Shown: positions 1 through 12,149 of the stretch, piece after piece
Layout: each line of letters begins with the position of its first letter
How positions within the stretch are numbered: the first letter of the stretch is position 1
Source: Octopus sinensis
Lineage: Eukaryota
DNA: 64,000 nt
Direction: 5' to 3'
Assembly: GCF_006345805.1 (NCBI RefSeq)
Contig: NC_043009.1
Coordinates: 45,198,001 to 45,262,000, forward strand
The notes under the pieces: generated by a model
What the model saw: the letters and a program-made list of their open reading frames with translations, nothing else
Database searches by the model: none
What the model was told of the DNA's origin: nothing
Program-made: the position numbers and the translations under genes

Positions 1-677
1 AACTGAATTACGTCTAAGGCACCTTCTAGGTTCCTTAGATAGATTAAATCAGGCGATAGATTAAATCTGCTTTTTAAAAGTGTTTGATTATACGTAATAA
101 AAGTCATCGATGGTGTATGGTTAGAAATGGTTAGCAGTTCGTATTATGTTGCCGTCACATAAGTTGTGCCTTACAAAGAGAGTCAAAGAACTTTAAAATC
201 AGTACCATAGTTAGATACAGATAAATACTGTATTCAGTCAAAGTACATTATAATTGATGAGTGTGCTGTGGACTTGTTTAGATTAAATCTTTTCATTGTG
301 TACGTGAGATTCGGAGGTGCGTGGGTGTCAAAGTTGCCTTATTCCATATGAACTACAGTACGATAATGAGTGTTCTAAGAATACATCTCACGTTGCTAAG
401 GCCTTCGCACAACAATGCTGCTCAGCCATTCACTGTATTTCAAGGTCTGCCTTCCTTCTGTTTCTTCTTCTAACGAAAATATAAGAAGATTAGTTTATTA
501 CAAAAAATTCACTCTGTCTAACACATTTGCAGCATAAAAGCGTCTAGCTCTTATTTCTAGCAATGTAGGTGTTCATGACACCCTGAGTTGTACTTAATGA
601 TGGTTATAGTTCTTGTTGGTACACATTTGCTTACTCCTGCTTAAATAAATTTTACACACACTCACACACACACACAC

Positions 678-724
<47 letters not shown>

Positions 725-1660
725 TGTGCTGGCGTATCTCAGGCAACATGGTTATGGTCTTGCATAGAAAGACAACAGAGTAACGTCGTTAGTAGGAGAG
801 GTTCGGAAGGTAAAAGAAAAAGGGAAAATATTGTATTTGAATGAATCAGGGGAAGTTAAGAGACGTTAAGAGAAGTTAAAAGTACTTATGAACATTGCAA
901 GAGTAGGTGAAAAAGTAAATATTGAAAAAGGAAAAAATGAGAAAATGTGAAAGGGTGAGTTTTTAATAGACTTCATCAAACATCAAAGAACCCTCGTCAC
1001 GTGACGGGTAACTAGAAGTATACTATTCCAATATGGCTAATATGAGGAAATTTGGAAAACAATAATTATAATCTTTTATCGATTTTTGGTGCTTCTACAA
1101 AGTGATGAAATGAATATTAATTTGCAAAAGAAAATATTACCTTGAAATAAAATAAAATTAATTAAAACAAATTTATTTGTATAACTCCTTACTGTCATTT
1201 ATTCTCTTTCTTCCTTCTCCCACCAAGCCCTGTATGCTCACTCATCCCACACCTCTTATATTAACTCTTTTTCTTGTTCTTTCTTTTCCTCTCTCTCTCT
1301 CTCCCCCACTCTCTCTATACTGTATAAAGCGTGGCTGGAAAAATAACCAGCCAGCCAACATTCATTTATTACTTCTCTCTCACGTCCTCTTATCTCTTTT
1401 ACAGGGTTCCTGGCGCTACAAAATTACATTGCGATATGGCTTAAGGAAAAAATACTTCAGGTTTGCACGTCTATGATGCAAAGTGTTCTAGCCAATACCA
1501 GTCGCCTTCATTTCCTGGTACAGCATGTACGGAGAAGTTTATTATCCACCGTGCGTTTCCCTTCTTTATACAGAGTTGATTCATATAGCAGCAGAAGAAA
1601 AAGAAGAAAGAGAAATAAGTAGACATAGGAGGGAAAAACAGTAAAAGGGTAGGGTGGTGT

Positions 1661-2011
1661 AGGAGGAGGAGAAGAAGAAGAAGAAAACGAAAATGAAAGA
1701 GGAGGAGGAGGAGAAGAAGAAGAAGAAGAAGAAGAAGAAGAAGAAGAAGAAGAAAACGAAAATGAAAGAGGAGGAGGAGGAGAAGAAGAAGAAGAAGAAG
1801 GAGGAGGAGGAGGAGAAGAAGAAGGAGGAGGAGGAGAGAAGAAGAAGAAGAAGAAGAAGAAGAAGAAGAGAAGAAAACGAAAATGAAAGAGGAGGAGGAG
1901 GAGAAGAAGAAGAAGAAGAAGGAGGAGGAGGAGGAGAAGAAGAAGGAGGAGGAGGAGAAGAAGAAGAAGAAGGAGGAGGAGAAGAAGAAGAAGAAGAAGA
2001 AGAAGAAGAAG
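1661..2011. repeat. (GAA)n/(GAG)n compound microsatellite with a higher-order unit
   Basis: Pure GAA/GAG runs; the anchor AGAAAACGAAAATGAAAGAGG recurs three times (~1682, 1752, 1872). It explains the poly-E/K/L ORFs. Confidence 0.95.
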
Positions 2012-2223
2012 AGTAGGTAAGGGTGAGAATGTAAAACCTATTGGATATATAAGTCTAATTTTACCACTTTTAAAAAGATACCAGATATCAAACAATGAGA
2101 GGAGCCCTTTTAGGGTTGCTTAATATGCCGCAAATAGTCTCAAAATTCCCTCCAATTCATGCACAACCTTCTTAGGTAAGGAATGGGCCGTAGTAAACAT
2201 TGAAACAAATTTGGAGGTTAAAG

Positions 2224-2302
2224 TACCACCACCACCACCACACCACCACCGTCGCCGCCGCCACCACTACCACCACCACCAAAACCGCCGCCGCCACCAC
2301 TA

Positions 2303-2350
<48 letters not shown>

Positions 2351-2352
2351 CA
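2224..2352. repeat. (CAC)n/(CTA)n microsatellite
   Basis: Direct reading of the sequence. Confidence 0.95.
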
Positions 2353-2749
2353 CTACTTCATAAAATTTCACCATTTCTGTTTAAGAAATTATTCCTTCCA
2401 AACACATTGCATGTTTGTTCTAATGTCTTTGAAAAGGATTCTTAAGAGATTAGAACGATGGGACAAACGAAGTTTTTGGAAATATCACGGAAAAGGGTGA
2501 ACTGCAGAGCAGATCACATTTATGAGTTCAATTGTGTGACGGCAATCAATGAAGAGGTTTCTCACGATATAATAGTCGGCAAGACGAATACAAACAACAA
2601 TGTCGCAGTGAATGGCCACGGAAAAACTCCGTTCGATGTATCGTACAAGTGATAAAAGGAAGAGAAAATTAATAGAGGGAGAGAGAGAGAGAAGAGAGAG
2701 AGAGAGAGGAGAGAGGGGCAGAGAAACAGAGAAGGCGAGAGAAGGAGTG

Positions 2750-2787
<38 letters not shown>

Positions 2788-3136
2788 TATGAGGAAAGCA
2801 GGTTGTTACTAATGGAAGAGGAAATACGTTGAAAGCTTAATGCATTTGTATGGAAAACAAGATAGATGGTCGGTTACAGGGATAATCAGAGAGATGAAAG
2901 GAGACAATACAAACAGACAAACATGGAGACATAGAGACTCATACATACTCACATACAAATAAACAGATATATTGCAGACAAATATATACAGATATAGAGA
3001 CACATATTCTGTTTTACTTAGGTAATGCAATTTGAGTGCATCTAAGCCAGGTATTTATTCATTGAGAGTGCACAACAATTAAACAGTCACAAGGTACAAA
3101 GGCATATATACATACATACATAGACACATACATATG

Positions 3137-3209
<73 letters not shown>

Positions 3210-4462
3210 TAGTCATTTCACTAGTAATAAACACCCGCATTGGTCCTGTTTCACTTCTTATTAAAATCATCTACCGCTTAAGTAAACGATTGCTTAATGT
3301 ATTGTTCAGTCGATCAATAAGTCAACTAGGTTTGTCAAAGGCCTTTCGTCAACCCACGTGACCATTCCAATGACTATCTACTACAGGTCTACGTCAAATC
3401 TGTCTGCCTTATTATCTAGCAGAATGACCCTCCCGAGATACATCAAAATTTATTTCAATATATTATATTATATATATATAAGAGGCGACTCCAGGTCAAC
3501 AGCTTCACTCCGGCTCATCAGATTTCGCATAAGACACGTATAAAAGAAGGTAAAAGACTTATATGCGCACTGATAATTTAAAAAATAAAACAGAAATATA
3601 GTTTTAATATGTCTTTCTCCATTTCTAAGTTAAGGGTAAAAATAGGCAACCCTGCAAAACACAACTGATATTTATACACGGACGCACAGAATAACAGCAA
3701 TCAAATAACAACAGCGGAGTGGACAGCGAACATCAACGCTCTGATTGTCACCTGTACTCTTGACAAGAGGTGCCAGTTAGTCTTTTACACCTACCAGGCT
3801 CGTTCGTATTAGCCCAAGTTGTTGGATAATTTTTCGTTCCTTTAAGAATATTGTAGAACGGAAACTTTTCATAGATTGGAATTTAAATCCTAATCTCTAG
3901 TAATTTTTTCAAGAAAACATCGAATTTTAATTGCTTTTAATTTTTACGATTATAAATAACAACTCGGGCTGTAACTTCTGAGCCCGAGCCAGGCGCGTGT
4001 GAACAATGTGGAGAGAACGTCTGCTAGGAATGATATTTTTTGACACAGGGCACCTTTAAAACAACCGCCTGATCTGAATGAAAATATATGAACTACGACC
4101 AGGTTCAATAAAAGGAGCCCGAGTTATTGACTGCAATTACATACTTGAAGTTAGTGTTAGCAGAAATTAAATCAGCCTGCAAATACACGTTCACTTTACT
4201 AAATTTATACTCGGGCTAAGTTTGAACAGCCCGAGTGTCGGAGTCACCACCGATATGTAAAGACAAAGCATGAAAAATTGCTTATATGTTAATTACACAA
4301 CTTTATGTACCTTTCACTAACGTAAGGTAATTGTTGGTTAAATAATATTAATTGCAAAGAAGTGATGGTCACATACATACAAACTTATATACCTACATGT
4401 ATATATGTATATGTTTATATGTATATATATATGTATATGGCTATATGCATATGTGTATATGG

Positions 4463-4540
<78 letters not shown>

Positions 4541-4557
4541 ATATATATATACGCAAT

Positions 4558-5132
4558 ATTAAATCTCTGAGCGAGAAGTAAACAGTAGTAGTACGGAATC
4601 GTAAAATATAATTGCCAACTAAATGTGGCTGTTCCATAGAGGATGATGTTACTGTTGTTTTTAGCCCCAGGAGGACATCTCCTCCAGCTGGCTAACCACT
4701 CCCTGTCTGTGTCCGATTAGTATTTGCGAGGGGAAATCATCGTTCCCATCTCTAGCCTTATGTGATACACAGAGAAGCGGGTTTCTTGGTAGTAACCCGT
4801 CATCAATGAGTGATAACCAGAGTTACTGATGAAAATTCATTCCACACGCAAAAGACTATACTTGCTCAGGGATTTAGTATTACTTATTTCTCCATTCTTG
4901 TGATCAACGACATTTTGTCACTGGAAAAAGCACAGTATTTTGCATGTGGAATGAGTTTTCATCACTAGCTTGTGATTATCACGCACTGATGACGGGTTAC
5001 TACACAGAAACCTGGGTCTGTGTATTTCACTTAAGGCTAGAGATGGGAACGAGATGTCCTCCTGGGGCTAAAAACAACAGTAGTATCGTCCTATGGGACC
5101 ACCACATTTAGCTGGTAATTATATTTTACGAT
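4558..5132. mobile_element. Foldback/MITE-like element (TAAATCTCT-terminus family), almost wholly palindromic
   Basis: 4598-~4870 is the imperfect reverse complement of ~4920-5132 (e.g. ATCGTAAAATATAATT...TTTTTAGCCCCAGGAGGACATCTC on both arms). The left terminus TAAATCTCTGAGCGAG is shared with 22110. Confidence 0.8.
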
Positions 5133-5544
5133 ATATATATGAATTAAGCAAAAGTTATGTATAGACTACAATATACCACATTAAGGAAATATGGAATTCT
5201 GTCATCGTTACATCATTGGGAATATATATCAGCCATTGACTATCCAACTATCCACCCTATCAGTGTATGTGGTGTGAGTACACGCACATATAATAAAGAA
5301 AATATGTATTATATTCGTGATTCATACTTTCTGTTTGAAAGACATAAGTAGTTGCCTCCAGTATATTGAAAAATAACTGCCAATCAGCAATCTCAAAACG
5401 AATACAACACCAACGAATATAAACATATAACCAGAAGTCCAGTTGTAACAGTTCTTGTCTGGAGAGCGAAGGGACGCGAACCTCGTGGCGAAGGAAAAAA
5501 AAATTGATTACAAGATATATAATAAAAATTTGTGTATATATATC

Positions 5545-5887
5545 AGGAGTGGCTGTGTGGTAAGTAGCTTGCTTACCAACCACATGGTTACGGGTTCAGT
5601 CCCACTGCGTGGCATCTTGGGCAAGTGTCTTCTGCTATAGCCCCGGGCCGACCAATGCCTGAAAGAAGCCTGTCGTATATATGTATATATGTATATGTGT
5701 GTGTGGCATTGCTTGACAACCGACGCTGGTGTGTTTACGTCCCCGTCTCTTAGCGGTTCGGCAAAAGAGACCGATAGAATAAGTACTTGGCTTACAAAGA
5801 ATAAGTTCCGGGGTCGATTTGCTCGACTAAAGGCGGTGCTCCAGCAGGGCCGCAGCCAAATGACTGAAACAAGTAAAAAAAAAAGAG
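5545..5887 (+). mobile_element. tRNA-derived CORE-type SINE (head A + tail 1), near full length
   Basis: A-box-like GGCTGTGTGGTAAG, B-box-like GGTTCAGTCC, CORE-like CTTGGGCAAGT, internal (TA/TG)n and a 3' end GACTGAAACAAGTAAAA; many copies in the window. Resembles the known octopus OR-type SINEs, but the family name is unverified. Confidence 0.9.
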
Positions 5888-5951
5888 TATATATATGTGT
5901 GTATGTACGAAAGTGTGTGTGTGTGTGTCTGCATGTCTGCTTGTGTGTATG

Positions 5952-6003
<52 letters not shown>

Positions 6004-6352
6004 ACACACACACACCGTTCTGTGGTGTATTTATAGTGAATTTGAACAAATCCGATGTAACTTCAGAATCACTGTCAAATAAATTACACGAATCTTTAGA
6101 CATCACGGAATCCTTAACTCAGTCAATGTTTCTGTTTTTATGCATATAAAGCATTACACACACACACACACACAAACACACATACACAGAGTGAGAGAGA
6201 AAGAGGGGAGAGAGAGAGAGAAAAGGAAAGAAACAGCGAGACGGATACGAGGTCAATTGACTAAAAACATTTGAAATGTCATTTAGCATTTTGTATATTA
6301 AGATACTGATGTATACTTTATATAGACGCACATACACACACACACACACACA

Positions 6353-6387
<35 letters not shown>

Positions 6388-6427
6388 CAAACACACTCTC
6401 TCACACACACATACTCCATATGAAAGT

Positions 6428-6590
6428 CGTGGGTGTGACTGTGTGGTAAAAAGTTTATTTTCTAACGACGTGGTTACAGGCTCAATCCCACTGCATGGTA
6501 CTTTGCGTGAGCGTCTTCTACCGCGGCCAGCCAAAGTCTTGTGTGTGGACATCGTTGATGGAAATTGAAAGAAAACCGTATTGTATATAT
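6428..6590 (+). mobile_element. Degenerate SINE head A
   Basis: Diverged match to the 5' half of the 5545 SINE. Confidence 0.7.
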
Positions 6591-7249
6591 GGGTACATAC
6601 ACACATACTAAACGACAGGTGAAAAATGAGAGAGAGAGAGAGAAATAGAGAGGGAATCTTATATATACGAAGGAAAATTGATGGGTTGCTTGAGAAGCAA
6701 GAACAGAGATCTATATGCTAGGGAATAAAACACTTATGTATAAAATGAATGTGTGCATATATATATATGTATATAACATACATTTGCAAGAAACGCAAAT
6801 CAGAGGGTGAAATCAAATAGAGAAAGATAGAATAGATGGCAGGATAAAGTGAAAGTTGACTGTGTCAGGGGAAGACATGCAGAAAGAAGGAAAGAAAGAA
6901 TGAGCGAAGGTACGTGTGAGGTGAAGGAACTAATGAGGTTTTCAATTCCATTTCTTCAACAAGCCTAATTGGATAACAATGTCTTTGATCCTAAAGCCAT
7001 TGTTTTATACTTTTAATCTTATTTGTATTTTAAACTTCATCGCGTTTATAGTTGGTTTTAAACCGGTATAGATTATAGGCTAACCTCAAAAACGTATAAG
7101 ATACAACTTACGGGCGAAAATAGACGAAATCGCCTTGTCTGGCTAAAACCTATTTTCATATATAATGATATTAGTATAGAACGCATTAATTTGCACAGGT
7201 TGTTTAATCAGGACTCACACATTTTCAAGAGTAAACGGTTTATTGAATA

Positions 7250-7414
7250 TACTTTTCTACTCTAGACACAAGGCCCGAAATTTTTGGGAAGGGGGCTAGT
7301 CAATTAAATCGATTCCAGTATGCAATTGGTACTTAATTTATCGGCTCCGAAAGGATGAAAGGCAAAGTCGACATCGGCAGAATTTGAACTCAGAACGTAG
7401 CGGCAGACGAAATA
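7250..7414 (-). mobile_element. tRNA-derived SINE (head D family), 5'-interrupted copy
   Basis: Reverse complement carries GTTCTGAGTTCAAATT...GCCTTTCATCCTTTCGG...GATAAATTAAGTACC, shared with 31805, 43371 and 46161. Confidence 0.85.
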
Positions 7415-7628
7415 CATATTTCTTTACTACCCACAGAGAGGACAAACAAGGACAAACGGATTAAGCTGATTATATCGACTCCAGTGCGTAACTGGTACTT
7501 ATTTAATCGACCCCAAAAGGATGAAAGGCAAAGTCGACCTCGGTGGAATTTGAACTCAGAACATGAAGACAGACGAAATATCGCTAAGCATTTTGCCCGG
7601 CGTGCTAACGTTTCTGCCATCTGCCACC
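7415..7628 (-). mobile_element. tRNA-derived SINE (head D family), second tandem copy
   Basis: Complete head (GGCAGAAACGTTAGCACGCCGGGC...GAGTTCAAATTCC) plus central domain, abutting the previous copy. Confidence 0.85.
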
Positions 7629-7799
7629 TTCATGCAAAAGTTATTCAGTTGCGAGTAAATATATGTTTGAAATTGTATATTAGCATTGAATATTAGCATT
7701 CTTATTGCGTACGTTCGTGCACAATACATACATACATACATACATACATACATACATACATACATACATACATAAATACATACATACATACAGACATAC

Positions 7800-8372
7800 A
7801 TGATGCATACATTTTTTTGGTGGCTGCCCCTCTCGTTATCGAGTATGGCCACTGCACTAAGCTTAATCAATGTTGTTATCGTGCAATGCCTGTGCAAGAA
7901 GATTTTTTTTAAAAGTGAGGAAAGGCTGTGCACTGAGTCAATCCCACTCACTAAGCAACAGCAGCCATAATCCGAAAAGAAGGACAAGTCAACATCATCG
8001 GTAACCACTGAGCTGAAGGTTTTACGTTGGAGTTATTCCAGTTACCTGAGTTAACTTCTCCTAGAAAGATGCCCTAACAAAAGCTGGGTGTCCTTCACTC
8101 CCAATGGTTTAACCGCGTGATCGGGTATTCAGTCCGATTATTTCTGTTCCCGCGCATGATATAGCATTAAGACATTTATTGGATGGCCGTTGACTCTCAA
8201 GAGTTCCTCCGCCCTTTGACGGGTTTTGTTTTTCATCCCGCAGGGTGTCCAATAAACACCCTCCTCACCAAGCAAGCTTGGTGAGGTTGCCGGTTTAGTC
8301 GCCGACGACCCGACCATGCAACAGGTTGTACTTGGTTACATGTTACCAGCAGCACTCGAAAGTGACCTGACA
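7800..8372 (-). mobile_element. Probable 5' UTR fragment of an RTE-clade LINE
   Basis: GC-richer, structured segment (GGTGAGGAGGGTGTTTATTGGACACCC...AAAACCCGTCAAAGGGCGGA...TAAAACCTTCAGCTCAGTGG) that resembles RTE 5' UTRs from memory; flanked by (CATA)n. No ORF remains. Confidence 0.5.
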
Positions 8373-8432
8373 TGCATACATACATACATACATACATACA
8401 TACATACATACATACAGACATACATACAGACA

Positions 8433-8504
<72 letters not shown>

Positions 8505-8530
8505 CAGACAGACAGACACACTCATACACA

Positions 8531-8676
8531 CACGACTGAATTCTTTCAGTTTAAATCTACCAAATCCATTCACTAGGATTGGTCGACCCGAGGCTATAGT
8601 AGAAAACACTTGCCCATGGTGCCACGCAGTGAGACTGAACCCATAACCAAGCGGTTGGGAAGCAAGCGGCCACACA
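8531..8676 (-). mobile_element. SINE head A fragment
   Basis: Reverse complement matches the 5' half of the CORE-type SINE. Confidence 0.8.
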
Positions 8677-8727
8677 TGTATGCATATGTATATTTACGTA
8701 CGTTTATATATTTGTATGTATGTATAT

Positions 8728-8732
8728 ATCTA

Positions 8733-8831
<99 letters not shown>

Positions 8832-8847
8832 ATATCAATCAATGATC

Positions 8848-8938
<91 letters not shown>
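8728..8938. repeat. (CTAT)n tetranucleotide microsatellite
   Basis: Direct reading; source of the YLSI-repeat ORFs. Confidence 0.95.
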
Positions 8939-9456
8939 ATGTATATATATAACTAGCTGATCCTGTACCGTAAAAAATGACGGCTAATAGTTGTATCTTA
9001 TATTTAAATAAGGTATAAAATAAGGCGCATAGTAATTACAGATACAAACATTCACATACTTCCCTTGTACACGCACACACATGCATACATATATTCAAAC
9101 AGAGTTGATACGCTGTTTGATTTTTCTTTTCAACGTTGACCGTTCACCATCCCATTTCCATTGCACACACACACACACAGACACACACAAACATTCCCAT
9201 ACCTCTCTTTTACATACACACACAATATACTCACACAGTTGAAACGCTGATTTTTTCACCCCTTCCCTCCTTATTCAGATAGCACCCATTCCTTTCTAGC
9301 ATCCCTTCTTTGGTATTACATTCTCTCACCATCTCTCAGTCAGAGCTATTACTCTCACTACTTTTCCTTCACAGTATTACTATTTCTTTCCCCTCCCTTC
9401 ACTTATACAACTCTTTCTCCTACTCCTGCTCTGTGATTTATATATAAACTTTTTTA

Positions 9457-9745
9457 TTCCTAAATCTCTCAACAAGAGATATAAAGAAACAGTACTTTAA
9501 AGTAAAGATTATTTGCCAGCATGATGTAGAAGTCACGGTTGGTATGAATGTTACCGTTGTTTTATCTCCAGCTGGCTATACGACACATCTGTATCCTTAT
9601 ACTTTCATATAACATAATGTGACATTCCCGGTTGAGCTAAAACAGCAGTAACATTCATCCCAACCGGGACTGCCACATTATGTTGGCAAATAATCTTTAC
9701 TTTAAAGTGTTGTTGTTGTATGTCGTTCGTTGAGAGATTTAGGAA
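9457..9745. mobile_element. MITE of the TAAATCTCT-terminus family with ~105-bp TIRs
   Basis: TTCCTAAATCTCTCAAC...CTTTAAAGTAAAGATTATTTGCCA at left is mirrored by TGGCAAATAATCTTTACTTTAAAG...GTTGAGAGATTTAGGAA at right. Confidence 0.8.
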
Positions 9746-9759
9746 TTATAAAGTTTCTA

Positions 9760-10055
9760 ATTAGTAGATCAGTGATCTGCATCACTTTGAAAACTCTATA
9801 TTTTCGAATGGGAGTTTGGCAGCACTATTTCAGTCGGGCAGTTATTCCGTGCCGGAGAAGGGAAATAGCCCAGAAACCGCGGTCCACAGATATTTCTTTA
9901 TGCTGAGTGAGAGATGCTAGGCTCCCTTGTTCGAAAATATAAGGACACATGTGTGTCGTCTAGGCAGCTGGAGACGATGTTTCTTGGGGTTGAAACAACA
10001 GTAACATCCACCCACACCAGGACTGCCACATTATGTTGGCAAATAATCTTTACTT
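9760..10055. mobile_element. Internal region plus right arm of the same MITE family
   Basis: Aligns with 22270-22500 (CCCAGAAACC...GGTCC...CTTGTTCG...CAGCTGGA...GGACTGCCA...TTGGCAAATAA). Confidence 0.7.
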
Positions 10056-10606
10056 TATACACACACACGTACGTAAGCACGCTCACACACACATATATAT
10101 ACAACGTTTACATCACTTGGATACTTAACATATGAATATATGGCCCTCATCTATCTTATTTAGTACGGTTTTTTTTTACCACCAATTTGAATTCCTCTGA
10201 AAAAATATGTAAGCATTAGCCTTTTGCAAGAAACAGCCCTGAACATATCTGATCACATTGCGTTATTTTTACATCTATAACTCTTAACATAGTTCGAATC
10301 CTGTGGATCCGAAGCACTGTTTACCTAGTGACCAGATTGAAACATGTGTAGGCAATTTTTATGCTTATTTTATGTTAATTTATGTTCCTTTAAATTTTAT
10401 TTGTATTAAAGTATTTGCTCTGTTTCTATTGTGATACAAATAAAACAATATTCACAATATTTTTTCACCGTTTTCTTATATCAATATAAATGTAAATTAG
10501 ACTGTTTATCTCTATATATTGGGAGTATTGTTCCAATACATCATTGATAATATCAGCTGATCTCTGGTTTTTATAATCCCCAAGGAGGACAGTACATCCT
10601 CAAATT

Positions 10607-10692
<86 letters not shown>

Positions 10693-10726
10693 TGTGTGTG
10701 TGTGTGTGTGTGGTGTGTGTGTGTGT

Positions 10727-11110
10727 GTGTGGTAAGTAGCTTGTTTACCAACCACATGGTTCCGGGTTCAGTCCTACTGCGTGGCACCTTGGGCAAGTGT
10801 CTTCTACTATAGCCTCGGGCCAACCAAAGCCTTGTGAGTGGATTTGGTAGACGGAAACTAAAAGAAGTCCGTCGTATATATGTATGTGTGCGTGTATGTT
10901 TGTGTATCTGTGTTTGTCCCATCCAACAACGCTTGACAACCGATGCTGGTGTGTTTATGTCCCCGTCTCTTAGCGGTTCGGCAAAAGAGACCGATAGAAT
11001 AAGTACTAGGCTTACAAAGAATAAGTCCCAGGGTCGAGTTGCTCGATTAAAGGTGGTGCTCCAGCATGGCCGCAGTCAAATGACTGAAACAAGTAAAAGA
11101 AAGATAAAAG
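10727..11110 (+). mobile_element. CORE-type SINE (head A + tail 1)
   Basis: Near-consensus match to the other full copies. Confidence 0.9.
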
Positions 11111-11974
11111 AAAGATATACTGAGATAGATAGATAGATAGATACCGTGTGTATACAGTTAGATGTATGACTATCACTGTATGAGTTAGAGCTCCACGTAG
11201 ATTATCATCGTCTAGTCAGCTTCCAGTATTGTGGTTATTCTACCATGCTACGTAGTAGTGTTACTAGTAATAACATAAAGAGTGTATTTAGCTGAAGTTT
11301 AAGATAAGCACATGTATATATTTTTAGTTCTTCCGTTCGTTTTACTATTGCAGTTGGTTGGAACTAGGCATTGATATTCCAAATGCATTTGGTTGCCTAA
11401 CCGCAGTGGATTATTCGGAGAGCACTTTATTACAGTCTTCTACAGAGATCTATCTGAAGTCAGACAGGCGCCGACGTAATTTATAAGTATGTAGAGAAGA
11501 AAGTAGAAAGGACACAATTGTTGGAGAAAGAACAAACTGAACAACAGTGTAGTAAACAAGATAAAAATTTAAAATGACTAAATTACACACACGCGCACAC
11601 ACACGCATTCACGCATGCACACACACATACATATTGTGAATAAGCTACCCTAATAATTTATAATTTTCACTTTTACCATCTATAGAATCTGTTTCTGATT
11701 CCTACAGTATTCTCTATAAACTGACAAGGCGAGTTAGCTTTAACCCTAGGCAACCGATGAAAGTCCCTGATGATTAATCAAATGAGAAATCATCGATGAT
11801 CTGGCTCTGTCTCGTTGCTGTAGGGAGCTTGTCTCCCTTGTCAGTCATTAGCTTAGACTTCCCCGTGGCTAAGGGTTGTTCTGACTCCTATTTCTAGAAA
11901 TGCTGGTACTGCCCAGCACTCTTAGTCACTTTTGTGACGTCTGTACTTATGCCTTTTGGTTGTAAATATACATA

Positions 11975-12140
11975 CAGGCTTGGCTGTGTTGTAAGAAGCT
12001 TGGTTCCCTACAACATGGTTCCGTATTCAGTCCCAGTACGTGGCCCCTTAGGCAAGTGTCTTTTGCCTTGGGCCGACCAAAGCCTTGTGTGTGGATTTGG
12101 ATTTAGTAGACGGAAACTGAAAAGAAGCCCGTCGTATATA
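11975..12140 (+). mobile_element. SINE head A (5' half of a split copy)
   Basis: Head and CORE ending at GAAGCCCGTCGTATATA; its tail resumes at 12790. Confidence 0.8.
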
Positions 12141-12149
12141 TATATATCT

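Noticed and set aside
724-1020. Possible minus-strand pLTR relic with TTGATGAAGTC and the palindrome CGTCACGTGACG
   Set aside because: Too decayed: the 3' arm of stem II and the GAAA box are absent; cannot be supported without homologs.
1508-2445. Long ORFs with poly-L/E/K/T/H tracts (and the many IYIY, HTHT, CVCV, ERER, YLSI ORFs across the window)
   Set aside because: Translations of microsatellites; stop-free only because the repeat unit lacks stops.
2458-2652. Complex-looking 64-aa ORF MGQTKFLEIS...
   Set aside because: No recognisable motif in any of the frames I translated and no convincing splice signals.
3495-3530. Minus-strand CTGATGAGCCGGAGTGAAG resembling a hammerhead
   Set aside because: GAAG instead of GAAA, a 2-bp stem II, and no stem I or III pairing.
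5689-6036. Recurrent peptides such as LTTDAGVF.SP..SGSAKETDRIST and [33 protein letters not shown] in many ORFs
   Set aside because: Chance translations of SINE consensus sequence, not a protein family.
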